Shown here one piece after another: positions 1-9,628 of a DNA stretch of 52,328 bases; position 1 is the stretch's first letter; each line of letters opens with the position of its first letter. The notes beneath the pieces were generated by a model that was given only the letters and a program-made list of their open reading frames with translations, was not told where the DNA came from and did not search any database. Source of the stretch: Chthoniobacterales bacterium (lineage in GTDB: Bacteria > Verrucomicrobiota > Verrucomicrobiia > Chthoniobacterales > UBA10450); the NCBI GenBank assembly GCA_046262215.1, contig JBHENE010000091.1:1-52328 (forward strand), in the 5' to 3' direction. A program made the position numbers and the translations under genes.

Positions 1-2
1 TG

Positions 3-488
3 CGCGAAACCGGCGCGGTGTTACGCGAGACCGAGGAGTTCGTCCTCTCGAACGGCGGAACGGTCGCGAGATTGAGCGGAATCTATGGGCCTGGCCGCTG
101 CGCACTGCTTCGGAAGTTCCTTGGCGGAAACGCGACGATCGAAGGTGCGGGCGGCCGATTCATCAATCACGTGCACCGCGACGACATCGCATCGGCGTTA
201 TTTCTGTTGATCCGCCGAGCTCCTGGCGCGCGCTGCGATCGAGAAGTATTCAATATCGCAGACTGCGAGCCGCTGACTGAGCACGAGTGTTACGCCTGGC
301 TGAGCGAACATCTAAATCGGGCGATGCCGCCGACGGCAAGCGGAGCAGTTGTCCGAAAGCGTGGCAATACCAACAAGCGGGTGAGCAGTCGGAAGCTACA
401 GAATCTCGGATGGCGTCCGCGTTTCCCTGACTTCCGTGTCGGAATTCAAGAAAGCGTCCTGCCGGAATTCGAGCATGCGGGCGCGTAA
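3..488 (+). CDS. SDR-type NAD-dependent epimerase/dehydratase family protein, C-terminal fragment (5' end outside window)
   Basis: The frame is open from nt 3 to TAA 486-488 with no upstream stop, so the gene starts left of the window. The tail (ARLSGIYGPGR...FINHVHRDDIA...FNIAD) resembles the C-terminal half of SDR epimerases. Family call is from memory only. Confidence 0.6.
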   Translation, partial: RETGAVLRETEEFVLSNGGTVARLSGIYGPGRCALLRKFLGGNATIEGAGGRFINHVHRDDIASALFLLIRRAPGARCDREVFNIADCEPLTEHECYAWLSEHLNRAMPPTASGAVVRKRGNTNKRVSSRKLQNLGWRPRFPDFRVGIQESVLPEFEHAGA

Positions 489-527
489 ACACCTAGCTAC
501 GGGTATGCAAGCTGCTCCCTAGGGCGC

Positions 528-791
528 ATGCGGAACATCAAATTGACCGGCCGGGAAGCCAGCGTCGTACGCGCGATTGGTTTCTCTGAGGCCGTGGTCG
601 GGACCGAGATTCAAGATCAAACCCGAATGGAGCCCGACGATCTAACCGACACGTTGAACAGCTTGATGTCAGCAGGATTACTCGAGTCCGTTCCCTTTTT
701 GAACGAGGTGCAGCTAGCCGAAATGCCGGTGACGATGTTCGAGATGAATCCCGCTTACGCCCACGAGCTCCGCATTGCGCTGCGCCGCTAA
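528..791 (+). CDS. hypothetical small protein (87 aa)
   Basis: ATG-initiated ORF with GC-rich third positions. No recognisable motif. Its 3' end overlaps the convergent ABC gene by 4 nt. Confidence 0.5.
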   Translation: MRNIKLTGREASVVRAIGFSEAVVGTEIQDQTRMEPDDLTDTLNSLMSAGLLESVPFLNEVQLAEMPVTMFEMNPAYAHELRIALRR

Positions 792-1813
792 CGCGCACTC
801 GCGGCAACTGCCGCTTCTTCCGCCGCACTCTGATTCAACGTCGTCCGCTCGCCAAACAGCTGGCGGATCACTTCTTCGACGGGCAATTCCTGCACGTTGA
901 TATCGGTGACTTTGCAGTTGGCCAGCAGCTCACGGCAGGTCTCCGTCACCTTTGCGCGCGGCACTTTTAGTTGGACCGAAACCGCCGTCTGTTCGATCAC
1001 GTCGCCAAAGAGACTGAAATCGGTTTCGCCACGGTCGGAAAACGTGAGGCTCAGAATTTTGTGGCCGGAGAAACGGTCAATGATCGTGTTCAGCGGGCCG
1101 TCGAAGAAAATCCTGCCGTGATCGATGATGATGACGCGGTGACACAGCTCCTCGATGTCCTGCATGTAATGGCTCGTCAGCATGGTGACGATGCGATGCT
1201 CCTTGTTGTAGACCCGCAGGAACTCGCGCACCCGTTTCTGGCTGGTGACATCCAGCCCGATCGTTGGCTCGTCGAGAAACAGCACGCGCGGCTCGTGCAA
1301 CAACGCGGAGATCAACTCCATCTTCATCCGCTCGCCTAACGAGAGCTCGCGGACCATGACATTCATCTTGTCGCCGACCTCGAGCAGCTCGGTTAGTTGC
1401 CCAACAACTTTGTTGAAACGGCCACGGTCAATTCCGTAGATCGCGCGGTTCAGCTCGAGGGATTCCTGAGCCGGCAAGTCCCACCAAAGCGCGTTCTTCT
1501 GGCCCATCAGCAGGCTGAACTGTCGCTTCATCTCGTCACGCCGTTCCCACGGGACAAAGCCGAGGACGCGCGCTTCGCCGGCACTCGGATTGAGCAGGCC
1601 GGACAACATCTTCAGCACCGTCGTTTTGCCGGCGCCGTTGGGACCGAGGAAGCCGACAAGTTCACCCTCCTCGATCGTGAAGGAAACGTCGTCCGCTGCG
1701 CGGGTCTCGTCGTATTTGCGCTTGATGAGGCCCTTCAACGAGCCGCGCAATCCGCTCTCTTTCCGATAAGTGCGGTAGACCTTCGTCAGGCCGGAAGCTT
1801 CAATCGCGCTCAT
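788..1813 (-). CDS. ABC transporter ATP-binding protein (ABC-2/COG4586-like, with C-terminal extension)
   Basis: Walker A GPNGAGKTT, ABC signature LSLGERMK, Walker B VLFLDEPT and H-loop TSH are present. No permease gene is adjacent. Confidence 0.9.
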   Translation of the reverse strand: MSAIEASGLTKVYRTYRKESGLRGSLKGLIKRKYDETRAADDVSFTIEEGELVGFLGPNGAGKTTVLKMLSGLLNPSAGEARVLGFVPWERRDEMKRQFSLLMGQKNALWWDLPAQESLELNRAIYGIDRGRFNKVVGQLTELLEVGDKMNVMVRELSLGERMKMELISALLHEPRVLFLDEPTIGLDVTSQKRVREFLRVYNKEHRIVTMLTSHYMQDIEELCHRVIIIDHGRIFFDGPLNTIIDRFSGHKILSLTFSDRGETDFSLFGDVIEQTAVSVQLKVPRAKVTETCRELLANCKVTDINVQELPVEEVIRQLFGERTTLNQSAAEEAAVAASAR

Positions 1814-1839
1814 CGATCGCGATCAGCTGCAGCAATCGA

Positions 1840-3768
1840 TCACGCCGCGCTGGGCTGCGTCTGGCGGCTCTTCTGTTTCAACAACGGCAACACCTTCGCG
1901 ACCAGCGCTTCAGCAGTAAGGCCGTGCTTCTTCCGAAGGATCGGAATGGTCCCGTGCTCAACGAATTGATCAGGCCAACCGATCCGCACAACGGGCGTGT
2001 TGATCATCTCGGTGTGCAGATGTTCCATCACCGCGCAGCCGAAGCCATTGTGCAGCACGTGATCTTCAAGCGTGCAAAGCACCTGCGAACCGCGCGCAAA
2101 GAACTCGATCGTGCCGGTGTCGAGCGGCTTGATCCAACGCGGATTTATCAGCGCAACGGAGAAGCCTCGCGCCTCCAGCAATCGCGCCGCTTCCACTCCG
2201 AGCTCGAACATGTTGCCGAGCCCAAAGATGGCCACGTCACGTCCGTGTTGCACGACTTCCGCCTTGCCGATCTCGAGTAACTTCGGCGCGGCTTTCGGCA
2301 CCGCCCCAGTGCCCGCGCCGCGCGGGTAGCGGATCGCGATCGGCCCGGAAGTGTGATGCGCCATTGTCCAGAGCATGTCGACGAACTCGTCTTCATCTTT
2401 CGGCTGCATGTGCACGATATTTGGCACGTGCCGGAGATACCCGATGTCGAACAAGCCGTGATGCGTCGGGCCGTCGTCGCCGCTGAGGCCGGCGCGATCC
2501 ATACAGAGGCAGACATCCAGCTGCTGGAGCGCCATGTCATGAATGATCATGTCGTAAGCGCGTTGCATGAACGTCGAGTAGATCGTGAGGAACGGCTTCA
2601 TTCCCTGCGTCGCGAGGCCGCAGGCGAAAAGCGCGGCATGCTCCTCCGCAATTCCGACATCGAAGTAACGATTCGGATGCGCGGCTTGGAAAAATCCGAG
2701 GCCGGTTCCCGTTGGCATCGCCGCGGTGATGGCGACGATTTTCTGATTCGACTCGGCGAATTTGGCCAGCGTCTTGCCAAGCAATTCCGAATACGTCGGC
2801 GTTCCTGCCGCTGCCGTCTCGCCGGTATCAGCCGCGAACTTTCCGAGCCCGTGAAACTTATCGGGCTTCGCGATCGCCGGCTCGTAGCCTTTGCCCTTCT
2901 TCGTCAGGATGTGGAGCAGGACTGGTTCGTCCTGATCCTTCAGGAATTCGAAAGTCTTGATGAGCAGAGGAATGTCGTGCCCATCGATCGGCCCGTAGTA
3001 GCGCAACCCGAGCTCCTCAAAAATCACGCTCGGGACGAGCAGACCTTTCACGCCTTCCTCGATCTTGTGTGCGAGCTGCACCACGGTTTTACCCGCGACG
3101 GCTTCCACGAATCGCCGCGCCTTATCGTGTAGGCCGGCGTAGGTCGGATTCGCGACGATGTTGTTCAGGTATGATGCGATCGCGCCGACGTTCTTCGCGA
3201 TGGACCACTCGTTGTCGTTCAACACCGCGATGAATCGCTTCGTCTGCGACTTCGCGTTGTTCATCGCCTCATAGCTGATGCCACACGTCAGCGCAGCGTC
3301 ACCCGCGACAACGACGACATTTTCATTCGTCCCGCGTAGATCGCGGCCGACAGCCATTCCGAGACCGGCAGACAACGCTGTGCCGGCGTGCCCTGCGCCG
3401 TAGCAATCATGTTCGCTCTCGGTGCGGAGCAGAAAACCGTTTAGGCCTTCGTACTGCCGCATTGTGTCGATGCGATCGAGCCGCCCGGTCAACATCTTGT
3501 GCACGTAGCCTTGATGGCTGACGTCGAAGACGAACTTGTCCTTTGGCGTTTCGAAGACGCGATGGAGCGCGATCGTCAGCTCTACGACGCCGAGGTTCGG
3601 CCCCAAGTGTCCACCCGTCTGCGAGAGCACCCGCACGAGTTCATCGCGCACTTCCTGGGCGAGCTTCGGCAGGTCCTCCTCGCGCAACGCCTTCACGTCC
3701 GCAGGCGAGCGTATGCCTCTTAGAAAAGCCACGGGCTCTGTTGTCTCAGAAGAGGCTGACTTCGTCAT
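1840..3768 (-). CDS. dxs: 1-deoxy-D-xylulose-5-phosphate synthase
   Basis: 642 aa, full-length transketolase-like layout. Typical Dxs N-terminus (LRGIRSPADVKAL..LPKLAQEVRDELV, GGHLGPNLGVVELT) and the TPP-binding region GDAALT are present. Confidence 0.95.
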   Translation of the reverse strand: MTKSASSETTEPVAFLRGIRSPADVKALREEDLPKLAQEVRDELVRVLSQTGGHLGPNLGVVELTIALHRVFETPKDKFVFDVSHQGYVHKMLTGRLDRIDTMRQYEGLNGFLLRTESEHDCYGAGHAGTALSAGLGMAVGRDLRGTNENVVVVAGDAALTCGISYEAMNNAKSQTKRFIAVLNDNEWSIAKNVGAIASYLNNIVANPTYAGLHDKARRFVEAVAGKTVVQLAHKIEEGVKGLLVPSVIFEELGLRYYGPIDGHDIPLLIKTFEFLKDQDEPVLLHILTKKGKGYEPAIAKPDKFHGLGKFAADTGETAAAGTPTYSELLGKTLAKFAESNQKIVAITAAMPTGTGLGFFQAAHPNRYFDVGIAEEHAALFACGLATQGMKPFLTIYSTFMQRAYDMIIHDMALQQLDVCLCMDRAGLSGDDGPTHHGLFDIGYLRHVPNIVHMQPKDEDEFVDMLWTMAHHTSGPIAIRYPRGAGTGAVPKAAPKLLEIGKAEVVQHGRDVAIFGLGNMFELGVEAARLLEARGFSVALINPRWIKPLDTGTIEFFARGSQVLCTLEDHVLHNGFGCAVMEHLHTEMINTPVVRIGWPDQFVEHGTIPILRKKHGLTAEALVAKVLPLLKQKSRQTQPSAA

Positions 3769-4075
3769 GTTCTGTTTCCTGCTTTGACGCTGGCGCCGCC
3801 GCCGCGGCTACCTCCGTCTTTGGTTCGAACTCCTTCACCACCGGCTTGCCCGCATGGTTCCGAGTGATGATCTCGATCCGCTGTTCCGCGCTCGCGAGCC
3901 GCTCCTGGCACACTTTCACGAGCTTCATGCCTTCTTCGTAACGGACGATTAATTCTTCCAGTGGCATCTTTCCATCCTCCATCTGATCAACAATGGCTTC
4001 GAGCCGGTCGATCGCAGTCTCGAAGCTAACTTCGGCGCTGCTCTTCTTCGCTGCGGAGGACATCGGGATGGTCAA
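3746..4075 (-). CDS. xseB: exodeoxyribonuclease VII small subunit
   Basis: FETAIDRLEAIVDQMEDGKMPLEELIVRYEEGMKLVKVCQERL matches the XseB helical hairpin pattern. It lies directly upstream of dxs with a 23-nt overlap, the classical xseB-(ispA)-dxs context. Confidence 0.85.
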   Translation of the reverse strand: MTIPMSSAAKKSSAEVSFETAIDRLEAIVDQMEDGKMPLEELIVRYEEGMKLVKVCQERLASAEQRIEIITRNHAGKPVVKEFEPKTEVAAAAAPASKQETEHDEVSLF

Positions 4076-4226
4076 TTAAGCATACCGAGCGGCGATAAAA
4101 AGGGCGACTTACCCGCCGCGCAGCTAAGCACGAGTGCCGGGTGAGTGGTGCAATTCCTGCTCCAAAAGTAATAACATTGCTTTCGGCGCAACGGCCTGTT
4201 CTCCTCCAGATCCGCCCAATCGCACC

Positions 4227-7085
4227 ATGAACAGACTTTACCGTAAACAACTGTTCTTGGCTCTCTCCGCTGCGTTGTTAATCGGCGTCGCATCAGACGC
4301 GGCCGCACAAGCGGTCTCACGCGTCGTCAATCTCTCGACGCGCATGGTGGTGCAAAATGGCGACAACGTTTTGATCGGCGGTTTCATCATTTCCGGAACG
4401 GGGTCGAAGCGGGTCGTCCTCCGCGCGATCGGACCATCGCTTCAGGTGCCTGGTACGTTGGCAGATCCGACGTTGGAGTTATTTGACGCGAGCGGCCGCT
4501 CGATCGCGTTCAACGACAACTGGCGGACGGCCGAGGCTGCGATACTCGCTACTAAGCTCGCACCAGCGAAGGACCAGGAATCAGCTCTCGTTGCCGATCT
4601 CGACCCCGGCAGCTACACGACCGTAGTTCGGGGCGTAAACAGCACCGGCGTCGCGCTCGTCGAGATCTACGACATCTCGCCAGACGCATCGACATCGCGG
4701 ATCGCAAATCTTGCGACGCGCGGCACTGTTCTAACTGGTGATAACGTCATGATCGGCGGCTTCATCGTCCGTGGCAGCGCCTCGAAGCGGATGATCCTAC
4801 GCGCACGCGGACCTTCACTGTATCTCAATGGTCAGCCGATCCCCGGTCGGTTGTCCGACCCAGCGATTGAGTTGCACGACGCGGACGGGGCGAAAATCAG
4901 CGCAAACGACAGCTGGCGCAGCAGTCAGCAGACCGAAATCGAGGCGAGCACGCTTGCCCTTTCTGACGACCGCGAAGCAGCGCTGATTGCGACCTTGCCG
5001 CAGGGGAATTATACCGCGGTGGTTCGCGGCGCGGGCAACACGACGGGCATCGCCTTGCTCGAGATGTATGATCTCGATCAGCCGCCGCAAGCCGACGGGT
5101 CGACGCTCTTCATCTCGCAGCTCCGCGCGCAAGGCACCACTCAGTCGCTCGGCTCCGGTACAGCGACGTTGCGCCTCTCGGCGGACGAGACCTACGCCGT
5201 TATATCGTTCGATTATACGAATCTCTCGTCGGCAGTCACCGGCATGCACATTCATGGACCGGCTGATCCGGGCCAGAGCGGCGGCATTATCTTCGATGTC
5301 GATACCGCGCGGCCGCAGCCGAACGGAAGCTACGTGTGGGTTTTCGCACCGACGGGAGCAAACAGCGTCGCCGACCTCGTCGCGGCGATAAAGGCCGGGC
5401 GCACCTACTTCAACATCCATACCTCATCCTTCCCGACCGGTGAGATCAGTGGATTCTTTAACCTGTCGACCGGTGGACAAACCGCGCCGGTGCCGACTCC
5501 GCCGCCAGCTCTCGCGTCCGGTAATCCTTCCGCGGTTGATGCCGCGCGTTTCCTGCGCCAGGCGACGTTCGGCGCAACCGAAGCGCAAATCGCGAAAGTG
5601 CAGACCCAGGGATTCGATGCGTTCCTAAACGAACAATTCACGGCGCCGATGTCGTCGCACCTGGCCTTCGTCGACGCCGCCGTTGCGGCGTTGCCACCTC
5701 CGTCTCCTAGCGCGACACCGAGCGCGACTCCGAATCAGCCAACCGTCACGATGACAAACGACGCTTGGTGGACGCATGCGATTGCCGGCTCGGATCAGTT
5801 GCGACAGCGCGTCGCGTTCGCGCTGAGCGAAATCTTCGTCGTCTCACTGAACAGTGCCGGCCTCGGGAATAGGCCATACGCATTGCCGACCTACTACGAC
5901 GTGCTCGTGAACGATGCGTTCAGCAATTACCGCCAGCTACTCGAGGACGTTACGCTCAACCCAGCAATGGGCGCGTACCTCAACATGCTTCAGAACGACA
6001 AGGAGAACACAACGCGAGGGACTCGGCCTAACGAAAACTACGCGCGTGAAATCATGCAGCTGTTCTCGATCGGGCTGTATCAGTTGAACCTCGACGGCAG
6101 CCTTACGCTGAGCGCCTCCGGGTTGCCAATCGCGACGTATGATCAGCAGGCGATCCTTGGCACCGCATCCGTTTTCACCGGCTGGACCTATTACCAGACC
6201 GGCACAACGTCCTTTTTCCCGCCGCAGGACTGGCGCCATCCGATGGTGAACATCGCGAGCCGACACTCAACCATAGCCAAGACAATCCTGAACGGAGTCT
6301 CGCTGCCTGCGAACCAAACAGCCGCGCAGGATTTAAAGGTGACGCTCGATACCATCTTCAGTCATCCGAACGTCGGCCCTTTTGTCTGCCGACAGCTCAT
6401 CCAGCGGCTTGTCACCAGCAACCCGAGCCCTGGCTACGTCTATCGTGTGGCATCGGTCTTCAACGATAATGGGCAGGGAGTCCGCGGTGATTTACAGGCC
6501 GTGGTGCGCGCCATCCTGATGGACTACGACGCGCGCGGCGCCGCTCGCACCGCGCAAGGCAGCGGCAAGCCACGCGAACCTGTCATGCGGGTCACGAATT
6601 TGGTGCGCGCCTACGGCGGCACATCGCAAGACGGTAAATTTTCGATGCGCAATGCCTTTGCATCGCTCGCTGAAGAAGCGATGCATTCGCCCACCGTCTT
6701 CAATTTCTTCTCGCCCGATTATCAGGCACCGGGGGCGATCGCGACTGCTGGGTTGAAGAGCCCGGAGCTGGAGATCCAAACCGAGACCACCGTGATCTCC
6801 ACCGCCAATTATTTGCGCACCGGCATCTATTCCTACTTCGGTCCGTCCACGAATCGCATCACGCTGAATCTTACGAACGAACAGACTCTCGCGACGGATC
6901 CAGCGAAGCTCGTCGATCATCTCGACGCGCTGTTGATGGCGAGCAGTATGTCGCCGGGAATGCGCAACGTGGTGCTGAACGCGCTGAACCAGATTCCCGC
7001 GGACACGGCCGCCAACCGGCTGGAGCGAGTCCGCACGGCCATCTATCTCGGCGTGAATTCGCCGGAATTCGCGGTGGAGAAATAG
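4227..7085 (+). CDS. secreted multidomain protein: two tandem ~120-aa repeats + CHRD-like domain + DUF1800
   Basis: Signal peptide follows ATG 4227 (MNRLYRKQLFLALSAALLIGVASDAAAQ). Internal duplication at nt 4323-4679 and 4701-5078. CHRD-like segment GTATLRLSADETYAVISFDYTNLSSAVTGMHIHGP. DUF1800-type region begins at FLRQATFGAT. Confidence 0.85.
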   Translation: MNRLYRKQLFLALSAALLIGVASDAAAQAVSRVVNLSTRMVVQNGDNVLIGGFIISGTGSKRVVLRAIGPSLQVPGTLADPTLELFDASGRSIAFNDNWRTAEAAILATKLAPAKDQESALVADLDPGSYTTVVRGVNSTGVALVEIYDISPDASTSRIANLATRGTVLTGDNVMIGGFIVRGSASKRMILRARGPSLYLNGQPIPGRLSDPAIELHDADGAKISANDSWRSSQQTEIEASTLALSDDREAALIATLPQGNYTAVVRGAGNTTGIALLEMYDLDQPPQADGSTLFISQLRAQGTTQSLGSGTATLRLSADETYAVISFDYTNLSSAVTGMHIHGPADPGQSGGIIFDVDTARPQPNGSYVWVFAPTGANSVADLVAAIKAGRTYFNIHTSSFPTGEISGFFNLSTGGQTAPVPTPPPALASGNPSAVDAARFLRQATFGATEAQIAKVQTQGFDAFLNEQFTAPMSSHLAFVDAAVAALPPPSPSATPSATPNQPTVTMTNDAWWTHAIAGSDQLRQRVAFALSEIFVVSLNSAGLGNRPYALPTYYDVLVNDAFSNYRQLLEDVTLNPAMGAYLNMLQNDKENTTRGTRPNENYAREIMQLFSIGLYQLNLDGSLTLSASGLPIATYDQQAILGTASVFTGWTYYQTGTTSFFPPQDWRHPMVNIASRHSTIAKTILNGVSLPANQTAAQDLKVTLDTIFSHPNVGPFVCRQLIQRLVTSNPSPGYVYRVASVFNDNGQGVRGDLQAVVRAILMDYDARGAARTAQGSGKPREPVMRVTNLVRAYGGTSQDGKFSMRNAFASLAEEAMHSPTVFNFFSPDYQAPGAIATAGLKSPELEIQTETTVISTANYLRTGIYSYFGPSTNRITLNLTNEQTLATDPAKLVDHLDALLMASSMSPGMRNVVLNALNQIPADTAANRLERVRTAIYLGVNSPEFAVEK

Positions 7086-7087
7086 CT

Positions 7088-8446
7088 ATGTATTCGCCGA
7101 CCCGCCGCACTTTCATCCGCCAGGCCGCCTGCGCCGCGCTCACCACGTCCGGCATTCTCAACACCATCTTCGATCTGCGGCGACTAAGCGCCGCAACGCC
7201 GACGGATGGAGATTACAAAGCGATCGTCTGCCTGTTTCTGTTCGGAGGGAACGACGCCAACAACGTCCTCATCCAGCACGACGCGAACGGCTATCCCTCC
7301 TACGCCGCCGCGCGTGGTGTGCTCGCCCTGCCGCAGGCTTCGCTTCTTCCGCTCACCTTGCAGGGCGGCGACGGCCGAGACTTCGCGTTCCATCCAAACC
7401 TCCCGGAGCTGCAGTCACTCTTCAACCAGGGTAAACTCGGCGTCGTCGCAAACGTCGGCACCCTCGTAGCGCCCGTCACGCGCGCACAATATCTCGCCGG
7501 TGGTGCGGCTGTCCCTCCGCAGCTTTTTTCGCACGCGGACCAATCAGTGCAGTGGCAGACATCGGTCCCGGACCGAATTTCGCGCACAGGTTGGGGCGGA
7601 CGCATGGCTGATGCGCTTCGGTCGCTAAACGGTGATTCAAAGATCTCCCTCTCGATCTCCATTGCAGGCACGAACACATTTGAAGTCGGCGACACCGTCC
7701 TGCCATATAGCGTCTCGCCAACGGGCAGCCTCGGGCTAGCGGGAATGGACGGGAGCGCGAATTCAAACGTGCGGCTGCAGGCGTTCAAAGACCTGCTCGC
7801 GCAGCCGCACAACAACCTCTTCGAGAAGGCGTACTCTGACACCGTCACACGATCGATCGCGGCGAATGACCTTCTGACTTCTGCACTCGCCGGTGTGGCG
7901 CCGTTGAAAACTGTCTTCCCGGCTACATCGCTCTCGAATCAACTGCAGATGATCGCGAAACTGATCGCTGCCCGCACCAATCTCGGCATGCGTCGCCAGA
8001 TCTTCTTCTGTTCGGTCGGCGGCTACGACACCCACGGCGACCAGCTCACCGGCCAGGCGAATCTCCTGACGGAGCTGAGCCAGGCACTCAACGCGTTTTA
8101 CAACTCGACGGCCGAACTCGGCGTTGCCGATCAGGTGACGACGTTTACCGCTTCCGATTTCGGCAGAACATTCCCGACGAACGGCTCCGGCTCCGACCAC
8201 GGCTGGGGCAGTCATCAATTCGTGCTTGGCGGCGCGGTGCAGGGCGGACGACTGTTCGGCACGTTCCCAACGCTCGCTGTGAATGGTCCTGACGACACCG
8301 GCCAGGGCCGTTGGATTCCCACGACTTCGGTCGACGAATTTTCAGCGACGCTCGCGTCATGGTTCGGCGTCGGCGCTTCCGAGATGCCGCTCGTCTTGCC
8401 AAATATCGGCCGCTTCGCGCATCCCGATCTCGGCATTTTCGCGTAG
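7088..8446 (+). CDS. DUF1501 (sulfatase/phosphatase-like) protein with Tat signal
   Basis: Twin-arginine leader SPTRRTFIRQAACAAL. Motifs GGYDTHGDQ and SDFGRT...GSDHGWG are present. Starts 2 nt after the DUF1800 gene, the usual DUF1800/DUF1501 pairing. Confidence 0.85.
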   Translation: MYSPTRRTFIRQAACAALTTSGILNTIFDLRRLSAATPTDGDYKAIVCLFLFGGNDANNVLIQHDANGYPSYAAARGVLALPQASLLPLTLQGGDGRDFAFHPNLPELQSLFNQGKLGVVANVGTLVAPVTRAQYLAGGAAVPPQLFSHADQSVQWQTSVPDRISRTGWGGRMADALRSLNGDSKISLSISIAGTNTFEVGDTVLPYSVSPTGSLGLAGMDGSANSNVRLQAFKDLLAQPHNNLFEKAYSDTVTRSIAANDLLTSALAGVAPLKTVFPATSLSNQLQMIAKLIAARTNLGMRRQIFFCSVGGYDTHGDQLTGQANLLTELSQALNAFYNSTAELGVADQVTTFTASDFGRTFPTNGSGSDHGWGSHQFVLGGAVQGGRLFGTFPTLAVNGPDDTGQGRWIPTTSVDEFSATLASWFGVGASEMPLVLPNIGRFAHPDLGIFA

Positions 8447-8508
8447 CAGGTCCCGCTGACGATCCGCCTTGCGGTTCTGCGCGCGCGCTTGCTTTAATCA
8501 ACGCCGAA

Positions 8509-9183
8509 ATGGGAGCACTCGCTAGCTTCGCCGCACGAATTGACGCGCGCCATCGCGTCGGCTTTTCATTCATCGTCGGTCTTGCCACGTTTCTACTCGT
8601 CCACGGCCACGTCCGATTTTGGACGGCGTCGATTGTCGCCTGGGATATGTTTGCAGCATCGGTGCTCCTGCTCGCGTGGACCATGATCGTCGTGACGCCG
8701 CCGACGGAATTGCGCCGTCGCGCGCAGGCTCAGGATCTGAGCCGCACCCTGATCTTCATCTTCGCTGTCACCGCGGCTTGCGCGTCTCTCGTCGGCGTTG
8801 GGTTCGTCTTACACACAAATAAAGTTAACCCGCAGCCGCACGCTTCGCTCCACCTTGCCCTCGCCCTGTTTGCCGTCGCGACGGCGTGGTCGCTCACACA
8901 CACCGTCTTTGGCCTGCGTTATGCCCATACTTTCTATGGCGACAGTGATGATCCGAATGAGAAGGAGCACGTGCGCGGGCTCGAGTTCCCAGGCGAGGAG
9001 AATCCGAATTACATGGATTTTGCCTACTTCTCGATCGTCATCGGGATGACCTTCCAGGTGTCGGATGTTCAGATCACGTCGCGCGACATTCGGCAGCTCG
9101 TGTTAGTCCACAGCATCTTGTCGTTCGCCTTCAACACCGTCATTCTCGCCCTCGCGATCAACACCGCGTCTTCTCTGCTCTAG
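8509..9183 (+). CDS. DUF1345 family integral membrane protein
   Basis: Multiple hydrophobic helices and the C-terminal YFSIVIGMTFQVSDVQITS motif. ATG 8509 was chosen because the longer ORF (from 8311) overlaps the DUF1501 gene. Confidence 0.7.
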   Translation: MGALASFAARIDARHRVGFSFIVGLATFLLVHGHVRFWTASIVAWDMFAASVLLLAWTMIVVTPPTELRRRAQAQDLSRTLIFIFAVTAACASLVGVGFVLHTNKVNPQPHASLHLALALFAVATAWSLTHTVFGLRYAHTFYGDSDDPNEKEHVRGLEFPGEENPNYMDFAYFSIVIGMTFQVSDVQITSRDIRQLVLVHSILSFAFNTVILALAINTASSLL

Positions 9184-9238
9184 GCGTCGCGCGCCAGCGA
9201 TGGCACACACGATGCTAGGAAGGACAGGGAAGAGACGA

Positions 9239-9628
9239 ATGCCGATGACGTTCCTGAAGAAAATCCTGCTGGTCGACAACGAGTCATGTGTGAGCGGTCT
9301 TGTTCGCTCGGCCTTGGAGAAAACAGGCGCTTACGTCATCAAGGAAGAACACGACAGCCGGCGGGCGATGAACGCTGCCCGCTGGTTCCAACCTGACTTG
9401 ATTCTGTGCGACGCGGTGACGTCTCACACGAGTTCACCAATGGCCCGTCAGCTACAGCAGGACGCAGCGTTATCCGACACGCCGGTCGTTTTCCTGAGCG
9501 CGAATGAAACGGGCGACGAAGGCGTAATCTCCGGCGGGATTTTAGGCGGTTACACGTTTCTCGCGAACCGCGTTCCGCTCGAAGAATTTGTCGGTTACGT
9601 CGGCGAGTTGCTGCGCCCGAACCGTTAG
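9239..9628 (+). CDS. stand-alone response-regulator receiver domain protein (atypical)
   Basis: KILLVDNE, DLILCDA (candidate phospho-Asp) and VVFLSAN are present. The usual K-P of beta5 reads ANRVP. A purine-rich SD (GGGAAGAG) precedes ATG 9239. Confidence 0.7.
   Translation: MPMTFLKKILLVDNESCVSGLVRSALEKTGAYVIKEEHDSRRAMNAARWFQPDLILCDAVTSHTSSPMARQLQQDAALSDTPVVFLSANETGDEGVISGGILGGYTFLANRVPLEEFVGYVGELLRPNR

Noticed and set aside
2353-3132. Long antisense or alternative-frame ORFs (e.g. 2353..3132, 17282..18085, 30681..31355, 36479..37333, 42755..43636, 50080..50736, 50902..51546)
   Set aside because: All lie opposite to or out of frame with genes that have unambiguous motifs. Their translations are Arg/Ala/Pro-rich with no domains. 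These are expected shadow ORFs in stop-codon-poor high-GC DNA.
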